Positions 12,791-24,200 of a stretch of DNA of 64,000 nucleotides are shown here, one piece after another. Under the pieces are notes generated by a model. It was not told the DNA's origin. It did not search any database and saw only the letters and a program-made list of their open reading frames with translations. The translations under genes were made by a program, and so were the position numbers. Each line of letters opens with the position of its first letter. The stretch's first letter is position 1. The stretch is taken from assembly GCA_010093605.1 (NCBI GenBank), contig MU004196.1:1448606-1512605 (forward strand), read 5' to 3'. Origin of the DNA: Lophium mytilinum (Eukaryota).

Positions 12791-15689
12791 GATTAGGTAG
12801 CTCGAGTGCTAGTAGTTGTACCGTCCGCCGGTGGATCCACGATCCTAGAGCGAAGAGAGTTTAGGTTAGGTATACTAGATTAGACTCAGTTGAGTACCGA
12901 TGTATAAACAGGGGTAATAGGGCCGAATGTTGCAGGTTCGCTACTTTGAGAGATGCTACTTACTTGTAGTAGGAATAGAAGCTACACAAGCTGGTCGTGT
13001 TCGATGAAGAGGCAGTAAACGGGTGTGTGCGTCTAGGAAAAAGCATGGAAAGGTAGCAGGCTGAGAAGTACCTGAAAGTAAGCCCTACTTATGACTTATG
13101 TCTTGTCCGCTTAATTCCCACCTCGGTGGTTCAACACCACGCACCGCTGTAAACGCCAACTCACTCACACGACAGTCAATGATACACTATCGCTTTGTTC
13201 CTAAATTTCGACTCGTGCAATGTCAGTGGTCACCTATAAGCACAAAGCGCTACGCCAATCTGCTGCCCGGCAATGATCTCGGAAAGCGTATGTACCTTCT
13301 TTGAACACTTGACGATTGAATGGAGTCGAAAGCGAGTAGACAATATTCGGAGGCACTCCGTGATATTGAGCCGCCGCCCAGTAAAAACCGTTGGAGATGA
13401 CTGCAGGAGCTTAGAGTAGCCATGGTAGAGCCGTATCCTACCGCTTGCCAACATCTAGCAAGTTCAGTAGTCCCAGCATTGCGGTGCTTGGCTTCCTCAC
13501 CGGTCAGGCTTGATGAACGCCGTACCAGTAAGGGTGGCGCAGGGCAAGAGGCGAGTCGAAGGGCATATTTTAAAAAAAGGCGCGTAAAATCCCAGCGCAC
13601 GGGGTCGGCATCGTCGATGTAACACCTCTTCACGGAAGATACAACTGTAGCCAAGCAACTCAGCGAAAGATCGGTGACGCATGCTTGGGGAAAGAAGGCG
13701 GTGACCTGAAAATGTGACAGATATCATTTGACGGAGCGACAGGGTGATGTTGTGGCACAGCTTTGCGGGCTGCCAGAGCGTGAGGGTCTGATTGGAGGTT
13801 GAGAACCCGATTCCCGAGCTACCCAATCTGCATGATCTCCACTGCGGATCGGGAGCGAAGTCTTCATGTCATGCATCCCACCCGTCGGGGGGTACGGGAT
13901 GTGGCCCACGGAATCCTCCTGTGTTGCCGGGAAACGTGACAACGATAGCAAAATCTACACGGGCGAAATCAGTGATAGTACGAGAAAGCAAATATATATG
14001 ACTCTTGTATCTGAAGCGGTCCCCTACACGGCTAGTCATTGGCAAATATCGAATTAAGTCCCGCTGACCCACGACATGCGGCCGAATGCTTCGATGGGTC
14101 CGGCCTCCATCCTACTCCGTGGTACAGCATAATCGGGACATGCCAGGTGCAGGATGACACGGATGTTGTGAGTAGAAATTAATATCGGCAGTTTAAATGT
14201 AGCAGGTACGTACTCTGATGTGGCTAAACAAAGAGTGTCGGTAGCACAGATTCAGTCCCCGAGCATGTTCCTCGCTTAATGACCAGCACACTTGACCCCA
14301 GCCTTGCTGACCGTCCATAGGGATGTCTATCCGCTTCCCCGAGCCGTATGAGGGCGCACGATGGTGCCAGAGACGCAGCAGCGGAATACGCTAAGTGGAG
14401 CTGAAGAAGCACTATATCCGTTGTGGACAGGGCGGCTTGTGTGTCCTGCATGATGCCGGCTCGAGCAGCGCTAGCACCTTCCTCGGCGTCCTGCATGTGC
14501 AAAGTGCGAATGGCCCGCTGCGGGGCAGAATGGAAAGGGAAGAAGGCTGAAGGTAAAGAAGTCAGAAAGCTTGCCTTGGTCAGGGTGTGCGCAGCCTGTC
14601 GCCTGCATGTTCCCGGCCCTTCCAGATCGTGATTCGGGAGCTCATGCGACCCAATGGGATCTTTCCTCATCATCCCCGGCGGCAGCCTGTACCTCGTTCC
14701 TCCAACACAGTTTGTGCAGTCCCAATGCAAGACATCATCATCAAATAACCTTTAAGCGCCATGAGGGCGGTTCCTGTGATGAGTAGAAGCACACGGACGA
14801 AAATTATCAATGTGAGCTCGCTGTAACCAGTAGGTGTTGTAGATTCGACTTGACAGCGGAAGTATTGGTACAACGGAGCATCGTGACCAAGAGTGAAGAT
14901 CACAGAAAGTACTCAGTTTTGGGCAAAGAGACTGCAAGAGCTAGAAGTACTTGCCCTATACCACAGGCGTAATACCTCAACGGCGGCCCCGTTGCCGTTT
15001 CTGAGAGAGAGAATATGGGTTAGTCACGTGACGGAATATCCAGACTCGCCAGACTTGGGTGCCAAAGCAGCTGCCCGATAGCGCTGCAGGTGTGTGTACT
15101 CGAGCACTCTGAGTCGAGCAGCATTGTGATTGTGTTCATGGAGACAAGCGGGTGTTTCTCAAAGAGACCGGGTGCAGAAATCGCGCGTGTTGAGACCAAT
15201 TTTCCGACCCGCCCATTGAGAGGGAATGGAGGCAGCAATTGATTGCATGGAACAACCCTGTGTGCTTTGAGTGGTGTTTATCAAGCGTGATACTGAAGTT
15301 GAGGTTAAGAAAGACTCACGACGGCTTCATGACCGGCGTGATGAGGAATCCGCGCGTGTCTTGGTACTTGTCAGCTGATCATCACAATGAACAACTCTAT
15401 GGGGATCCTATTGTTCTCTTATCTACCAAAGGCAAGAGATTCAGCCTCTAGGGAAGCATATCCGTCTAAGTCCGAGGATTGCTGACTGAGATCTAAGTTA
15501 TGATTCCATCACGTGACAGTTGCAACCAGAAGTATAGAATTATCGACAACGAGTAGACACGCGAAATTACGCCAGACAGCTTCAGCAGGGTGTACCCAGA
15601 GTATAGATCTATGCGCTGCCCATGGTACGGTGGAGCCCCACAAACTTCATCACGAAGGTATACCGATATCTATATCAAGACACTGTACA

Positions 15690-17628
15690 TCACAGCCTCG
15701 CCACAACCAACTCCTTTCCCTCCCACCGCTGCACATCCCCACAACCCTCCCAATCACCCGGGAAAAACTTCGGCCCCAGCACATTCTTCTGCACCTTCCC
15801 CGTAACCGTCTTCGGCAGCTCGCCCTCGACAATCCGCAAAAGCGTCGGCATCTTATACCCACTCAACCTCTGCCTCAACTCTCCCCTCAGGTCCGCAATC
15901 GTAAGCGCAAAACGCTCATTTCCATGATTTAGGAAGTATGCTGGCGTTAGCTCTTCGTCGCGAAGGGAGACAAGCGCGGCGACCCGTTGGCCAAACTCCT
16001 CGTCCGCAACGCCGACGACCATGACTTCGGCGATGTAGGGGAGGGCGATGATTTCGCGTTCGATGTCGAGCGCGGAGATCTTGTAGCCGCCGGATTTGAT
16101 AATGTCGAGGGAGGCGCGGCCGAGGATATGGTAGTACTTTCCCGTGCGGCGAGCAACTGTTACCGTGAGTAATCGAAAGGAGATGCCCATTTCCCATAGA
16201 GACTTACTATCGCCAGTTCGAAAGAACCCATCTTCATCATGCGCCTTTGCGGTCGCCTCGGGGTCATAAAGGTATTTCGAGAACATGTGCTAAAGAAATT
16301 CAGCTCGAAAGCCAGGGGGGAGTACTGCAGAAAACTCACCGGACTCTTCACTAACACCTCCCCCTCTTCTGCATTCAAAGAGCCCCCCAGCTTGATCTCC
16401 ACCCCAGGCTCCGTCTCCCCGACACTCCCCTCCGGTACATCCCCATCCTCCAGCCCGGCTTTGAAAACCGCCCCAAACTCCGTCGCCCCATATCTCTGCA
16501 GAATCCTCTTCCCTAGCAAGCCCCTCCAAAACTCTTCCAGCGGCCTCGGTAGAGCGCTCGTCCCGCATAGACACGCCCGGAACTGCTTCGCGCCTGCTTC
16601 ATACCCCCTCAACTCCTTCTGCGGCCGTTTTGACAAATGGAGCTGATAGTACCGCCGCATACGCATATAGATCGTCGGCACACCACTAAAGAAAGTCAAG
16701 CGCGGAGAAGAAGCATCATGATCATCGACGCCAGCTCGCCACCGCTCCCACATCCATCGTTCGTCGAAAGAGCCGCTGCGGAACTCGATCGCTGCCCCGG
16801 AAATCAGAAAAGGGAAAAATGATATCCCGACCCCGGTTGCGTGATGCACGGGTAAAACATGCAGGATTCGATCATTGGGAGTGAGAGCGTAGTGGTCGGC
16901 GACGGCAAGAGCGTGATCAGAGACGTATGCGCGGCGCATCACAGCGCCTTTTGGAGGGCCGGTGGTTCCAGAGGTGAAGATGACGATGGCGGGAGCGTTT
17001 TCGTCAAGGTAGCGGTTTGATGAAACGAGTATGTCTTCTGGTTTCAAGGCTTTATTCATTAGTGCTGGTCCGATGGATAAGTGCGTGAAGTCCTGCGGGT
17101 TCGGTCGGGCGGATGTTGGGGTAGTTGCTCGGATCCGTGATTCGAGCGCTTCGCCTTTCGAATTCTCGGGCATACTGGTTAGGATGAGTGCCGCTCGTGA
17201 CTTCTGGATGAAGTATACGGCTTCTTCGACGGGGAGTGCGGGCGTGATTGGTACGGCTGCTGCACAGATGGCGAGAATGGCGAGCACAGCAACGGCGTAT
17301 TCGTAGCCGCCGGCTGCGATGACGGCGATATAGATTTCTTCTTGGCGATGCAGAGCGGCGATTGCTGAAGGAGGGAGAGCATCGTAGATGACTACTCGGA
17401 GAGCGAGGACATCAGTGAGGAGGTCTATATGGGTGCGAGTCTGCGCAGTTCGGACGTCGTGGATGCATGGTCCTGGGGGACGTTGGTGAGCGAAGCGGAG
17501 GAGGCGTGAGAAGAGTGGCTGATATCAATATCAGAGTAGTCTTTGAGCAATGGGAGAATTGGGAGTACCGTGCATGGGAGGATGCTACACCCAGTGTGCT
17601 TCGGGACCAGGTGAGTACGGTCTACCAT
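15690..17628 (-). CDS. AMP-dependent acyl-CoA synthetase (ACSF3/MatB-like), C-terminal PTS1-like ARL; multi-exon
   Basis: 'IFTSGTTGPPKG', 'QRYGATE', 'FFRTGD', 'IIKSGGYKISALDIE', 'ELPKTVTGKVQK'; ends VARL*. Confidence 0.92.
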
Positions 17629-18631
17629 CTTGTGCTGCAAGATTCTCTATCGCTCATGAGCATCTAATTCGCGACTTTTCCTCTCTACTTTTTATCTTCT
17701 AAATCAAGCTTCAAGTTCTACATGTTGTTGTCTTTCCAGGTTCGCCAAGCTATAAGATCAAGTCTTCAACTCCGTTAGCAGTTACCTATCTCAACGTCGA
17801 GATTCCTGCCATTGCCGTCTCCGCTATCGCATTCTCTGGTATCCAATCGTACCCCGCTACATTCCTCGCGTAAGGATGGTCGTGGCGTTTCGGCAATCTA
17901 CGGTATTTGGTGGCGATCTCTAGGAACCCCGCGGTGACTACTGAGTCAGTTTGTGCGAACAAGATGATGAAGCTCTAGATTCAACTACAAGAGGCACGTG
18001 TCGGTAAACATGGACGTCGTCTAAGATCTGAAATGCTAGCCTGGATTGGTTGAAACCCTTGCGTTTACAGGGTGAAGCCAAGATAAATCGAACGACGAAT
18101 GATCAAAGAACCTAGTGTCTCATCAACCTGAAGAGTACTGAAACTAATTTGAGTTCGAATCGCACATTATCACCTTCAACAACGTATTAACAGACAGACT
18201 TTGACGTCAAAAGCTTCCAAAAGGCGCGGAATGTTCATAATCCGACGCACACTCCGTGTGACATCTCTAGGGTGATAGTAAGATGTCGCGGTGGTATTCT
18301 ACTAAGAGAAATCTGAAAGATGGGCGAGATGGAGACGAGATGAAGACGAGATGAAGATAATGCTGAGAGTTGAGATTGCTGGAAGGCGAGAGGCGGAGAA
18401 TCCATAAATCTCCCTAGTTGCGTCGTTAGCGCGGTATTATATGTATCCCGGAGTAGATTCGGCTTAGCCCGTGTCGCGGAACCTTTAGAACTACCGTCCG
18501 AAAAAGAAGGCTAGGTTTATTCATTTCCTTTAGATAACAAAAAAGCCAGTCCAGCAATCTAGAGCACTTTTAAAGAATTGGCATTCTATTAACTTCTATA
18601 CTAAGCCTGCCCAAGCTTAAGAAAGCACCTA

Positions 18632-18951
18632 CAGCCTCTTCTCGCATCCTGTGGTTAGCGTGCAGGTGGCTGCAAGGGTAAATTACGGTATGCACTTGAG
18701 CGGTTCAACGCCGTTTGAGGTGGCCCGGAGAACTTACAGGCTCGCCAACTTTCCCATTTTTTTTAAAAGTAATAGGATACTGGAGAACCCTAGATAGTGC
18801 TATATAGGCGCACTTATATATAGTAAAAGTAGGCATACTAGAAGTAGATAAGAGATATTCAATTAGCTAGAACCACTTTTACAGGTGTAAAAAGCCTTTT
18901 GTTACGCAGCATTTATAAGATGCGCTAACTACAGGATGCGAGAAGGGGCTG
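18632..18951. mobile_element. MITE family C, 320 bp, about 30-bp TIRs, TA flanks (Tc1/mariner-type)
   Basis: TA|CAGCCTCTTCTCGCATCCTGTGGTTAGCG ... CGCTAACTACAGGATGCGAGAAGGGGCTG|TA. Confidence 0.8.
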
Positions 18952-19061
18952 TAAGTACCACGTTACAAGAACGGAATGGTTTACAACTATGATATTCCAT
19001 TAACTTGCAAGATGAACCCAAACCTTGTTTTCTCACAGCATCTCTATTTCCATCATAATCC

Positions 19062-19990
19062 TCATTTCCCCACACCGTTCTTCCCACTCTCCCAATTCCT
19101 CTTCACAACATCCATCCCCATCATCTTCCCCAACAACCCCCCCAACAACTCATCCGTCCAAGCCAAAGGTATCCATTCGGCCACCGTTCTCACTACCAAC
19201 GCGTTATGACCCCTCCAGATCCGGTTGGGCCTCCCAAAGAACCAGCCCTTATCCAACAGATCCGCCACCACCCCCCCGCCCACCTTTCCGCATCCATCGC
19301 GTGCGCCATCGGCGCAGACCCCGACATCGCCTGCTCCACTCTCTCTCTCGCAACCTGGTAGATACTCTCCCCTGGCAACTTCGGCGCCCCGCCACCGGTC
19401 TGATTATCGTAGAACGGCGTTCTCACAGACCCGGTACGTAAATCCACGACGCGGATGCCAAATGGCTTGAGCTCGAGCCGAAGCGTATCGCTGATCATCG
19501 CGAGTGCCGCTTTGCTTGCGTTATACAGGCCCTGTATCGGCACCGGCGACACTGCCGCGATGGAGGTCTGGTTCACGACCGTTGCTTCGCCTCTTTGGCC
19601 CGCACTCTTTAGTAGTAAAGGGGCGAAGGCCTGTGTGACAGCGAGCACGGACCAAACATTCAAATCAAAGAACTCGCGGCCTTTCTGCAGGTCTGCGTCT
19701 AGGAGGGGGATGCTGTACCCGCCGCCGGCGTTGTTGACGAGCATGTCGAGGGTGCCGCCGGTGAGAGCGGACACCTGGGCTAATGCGGCGGCGCTGGAGG
19801 TCGAGGAAAGCACGTCGAGGGGGATGTGGGTGATGCCGAGCGCGGTGAGGTGGGTTACTTTGCTGGGGTTGCGGGCGGCAGCGAAGACACGATGGCCGCG
19901 GGCGTGAAAGGCGAGGGCGAGGGAGGAGCCGAGGCCACCGATAGAGGTGCCGGTTATGAGGACTGTGAGGGGGTTGGCGTTTTTGGGCAT
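19062..19990 (-). CDS. Short-chain dehydrogenase/reductase (Ayr1-like) with an apparent 1-nt frameshift in a G7 run
   Basis: 'VLITGTSIGGLG', 'LVNNAG', YxxxK 'YNASK', 'LRLELKPFGIRVV'; the C-terminus continues in another frame after the run at 19271-19277. Confidence 0.85.
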
Positions 19991-21242
19991 GGTTTGAAGA
20001 GTCTGCTTTGGTTGCACTCGAGGAGGGGTAAAGAGAAAAAATTTAAGATTCGCAGTGGAAGGATTGACTGGTTTTTTGATAAGAGAAATCGAACGTGAAT
20101 TGAAGAGATTGAAAACTAGAAGTTTTTGATGTACTCTATTGATTGACGAATGATTCTGATCGATGTGGTGGGTATGAATGGGTCAGGTGAGGGTTGAATT
20201 GGTATGTTGAATCAACTCTCAGGCCACCCATCTTTATATACCCCTTCTACCGATGATCCTGGGGGCTTTACCACAACTTCATCGTCATCTCATCTTCAGT
20301 CATCGAAGGATTCATGCATTTGGCTGTCGGGCGGAGAACCCGCCGACACGACTTATAACGCATCTCCGCCGGAAAACGTCCTTTACGAAAGTCGACATCT
20401 CAATACGGCGCCAAGCGAAGAAGGAACATTGAGCTGCTGACTTTTCCCAATTCGTGGCTTTGTAACAGCGTGTGTAAGCGGGGCGCTAGCTGTCTATGGA
20501 CGACACGCAATGCTAAGCGCCATCGGAGGAGAGTTCGTCCGCGTGAGGCTGTAGGAGCAACTCCGAGGAGGTTGGTTAGCGATGGAAAGGTACCACATTT
20601 CTGACTGTCAGAAAGCCTTGGTATGCCTCTGGTAATGACCATGACAGAAAGTCACCGAGTTCTTGTTTCAAGACCTGGCGAAGATAGATCTGTCGCGATT
20701 GATCGTAATGCTGAGGCCAAGTAGTGAGGTAAAAACGTCTTTGCCGTTGATGTCCTCGAGTACTGCGTGGAGAAATATGCCTGGAGAGCGCCGGCAGCCA
20801 TTAGACGCGGATCAATTGTTTCGAAGGTATAAAAGGAGAGGCTGGTGTTCTGAGCTTCTTGGTGAGAGAGGAGATGTGCGCAAGGGTAAAGCTGATGCCT
20901 CAAGGATCACGTGAATAGTCTTCACCATCAACCACGGAGATTCAGACTTTGCCCAATGCCGAGAAGATGGAGGGCTAAATGATGATTTGGAGAGAAAAGA
21001 TGACGGAGGATCTGAAATCGCAGAGTTTTGAACATAATTTTAGGTTCGAACAGAGGGTAATCTGGAAGTGGTTAGCGCCGGTCCCCCCGCCTGAGGCTCA
21101 GCGCTTCAGCCTTCACGATACCGACTTCTTCACACATTCATGGATAACTGTCTCTTCTTTGCATCCTTTCCACAGTACTTATAGCGTTGATGCATTGCAT
21201 GTTATCCTCCTGTTTCTATGCCACGCGCCCCTCCCTGTTGCT

Positions 21243-24200
21243 ATGGCCCCGACGTCAGATCTCGTAAGGGACTCGCGGCTGAGGACGCGGTTTCACTCAG
21301 GCGGCTATACACATCACACCTACTACGTCTCCGGGATTACTGCTCGGCAACGCACTGTGAGAAGAGAAGAACGATGGCAACGATGTGCCTCTCTTGGCTC
21401 GGGTGCTTTCGGAATGGTGTGGCTCGAGAAGTTGGTATCGGATGAGGAAGCGAAGGACCGGGCCGTAAAAGAGATCCGAAAGAACTCACATCGATCAAAT
21501 ACTATAGACTACAGCCGAGAGTTAGAAGCTATTGCCAAGTTTTCTCACGAAAAGTACGAGCGTTGCTTCGTGCGTTCCTTCGGCTGGTACGAAAGTGGAG
21601 AAAGCGTCTTCATCGCCATGGAGTACTTCCCGTACGGCGATCTTAATGAGTACATCTCTAGTCCGTTGCCAGAATCGGAAGTCCAGCAAATCACGTTTCA
21701 AATCTTGGAAGGAGTTGCGTTCATGCATGAGAATGGCTTCGCTCATCGCGACTTGAAGCCGACAGTAAGGCGTCCTCTCGTAACAATGATCTCCCTTTAC
21801 TCATCAATGGTGGAATACAGAACATCCTCGTGAAGTCAAGGGGCCCAGACTGGTGGGTTAAGATTGGTGATTTTGGTATCAGTAAACGCGCCGAAGAGGG
21901 ATTGACTGCTTTGCGAACCTTGAACGGCACCCTTGGATTTATGGCCCCTGAGATGCTCGTACAACTCGGTCTTCTTGACATGGAGAACCTGGCTGTTAGC
22001 GATCGGTATACCGTCGCCGTTGATATCTGGTCATTGGGAGAAATCACATTTCGTGCCTTGACCGGAGAATCACCGTTTCCAATTCGGCATCTAGGCCCTT
22101 ACGCCAAGGGAAAGACGAATTTTCCTGTCGAAGTCTTGCAGTCACACAACGTCAGCACTAATGGCTGCAATTTTGTCAAGTCTCTCATGGCTCCATTACC
22201 GAGAGATCGACTAACAGCTAAAGACGCTATTGCACATGATTGGCTTGAGCCACAGCGGCCATCTTCTGCAAGATCATCTTTGGAAATTCAAAGGTAGCAC
22301 CTTTTCCCTCCCTCTTCCTCTTTGTGAGCCGCAATGCTGATAGCCTCACCTTATTGGTAGTTCGGAGCACTTCTTTCTTGATGGTTCCACTTCCCACGGC
22401 CAAGACATCACAGAAGCCTCAGCAGCTTGGAGTGATGTAACCAGCCCAGGACCCACAGTAGCCCCAGTTGCTAGCTTCGAGAACAACGCTGCCTTGGAGC
22501 CCGAAGCACCTCGTGAAACGTCCATTGAAGAGCCGCCAGCACTTCCTGAGGTCCTCGTTCAAGAGACCTCTGGTGTAGTGGGATCGCATTCTTCCGGAGA
22601 CCCAGGTACGCTTTCAGATCTGGTATCACGTGTTGAAGAAACCACTCAAGCCACGGCCCCCATAATCAAACCTCAAGATACACGCGAACAGGTTGTTCAC
22701 AATTCAGGGAACGATGCTACAATCTTAACCCCATACGATCGTAAGAATACCTGAAATTGTTGAGTACCACGCCGTCAAACGCTCACATTTTTCAGACCTC
22801 GAGAATTCTATCACCACCTCCAACAGAGACAAGCATGTGCCAGCGATTAGAGACACCCCTAATCCGGACAAAGAAGAAACTACTATTCTTCACGTCGTTG
22901 CGCATGAACCTTTGCCCGAATCCTCACTTCCAGGTCCGGTTCTCAGACAAGCCAAATCAGATAACACCTATAAGCCAAGAAAACCAAATAAACTCAAAAG
23001 ATATGAGCGAGTCAAACCTGTTACTTGGAGCGATGAGGATGAGTCTGCAAGCAAAGAAATTGAAACCATTATCAGTCCTGAACCCAAAAAGAAGGTTCGA
23101 ACGACGCGGTTTGGGGAATACGAATTAGGACAGACCATTAGCGAGGAAGAGGGGGTAAAGGTGAAAATGGCTTTCCATTCCCAAACCGGAATGCGATACG
23201 TCATTCGGCGCTATCATCGACGCTTCAGGGAATTCCCCAGATCGGAAAGGGTGAAGATCATTCGCGAAGTTGATATCCAAAGAGATCTAGGCCACCCAAA
23301 CGTCCAGCGCTTCCACGAATTGGTTGAGACCGAGATGCACATAGGCCTGGTTCTGGAATACCCTTCTGGAGGCGAACTCTTTGAATACGTCTTGAACCAC
23401 AGATACCTTAGAGACAAACCGGCTCGTAGGTTGTTTGCACAATTGATTTCTGCTGTAGGTTATTTGCACTTGAAAGGGGTTGTGCATCGTAACTTGAAAC
23501 TCGAAACGGTACAGCTCGATAGGTACCTGAACATCATCGTCACTTGTTTCGATCTGGCAAAGACTTTCGACCCTACGAATACGACTAGGCTGCAAGAGGT
23601 GTCTGAGTACAGCTTACCAGTACGCGATCTCAAAGATATTGACAACAATGCAAGGTTCGGGGGCGACCTTATGCGTACATCTTATACGTCTTGTGGATCT
23701 CCTTGCTACGCCGCGCCAGAGTTGGTCGTATCAGATAGACTGTACACAGGTCGAAAAGCAGATATATGGAGTTGCGGAGTTATATTGGTAGGCCCACGCC
23801 GTATCAACCTTGTTCGTCCAGTCAATGTTGCTCACATAGATACAGTACGCAATGCTGGCTGGACATCTACCATTCGACGACGATCCAGCAAATCCCGACG
23901 GCGACAACATCAACCTTTTGTACAAGTACATTGTATCAACGCCTGTAACTTTCCCTGAGTATGTAACTCCTCACGCCAGGGACCTCCTTCGACGAATTCT
24001 GGTGCCGGACCCGAGTAAACGTAGCGATATGTACGAAATTGCGCGACATAGTTGGCTGAGCGAGTATGCTCACGTTGTTTCTCACATAACGGACAAAAAC
24101 ACACCGAAAGGTATTATAGGCACGACGATCCCGTCCCGTGCAGGTAAGAAGATGCCCGGTATGTACCGTTCCGTACCCTCGCAAGGTATTTATGCTAATC

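Noticed and set aside
12900..15600. Numerous short ORFs in both orientations
   Set aside because: No coherent exon chain, codon bias or protein motif; treated as intergenic or decayed DNA
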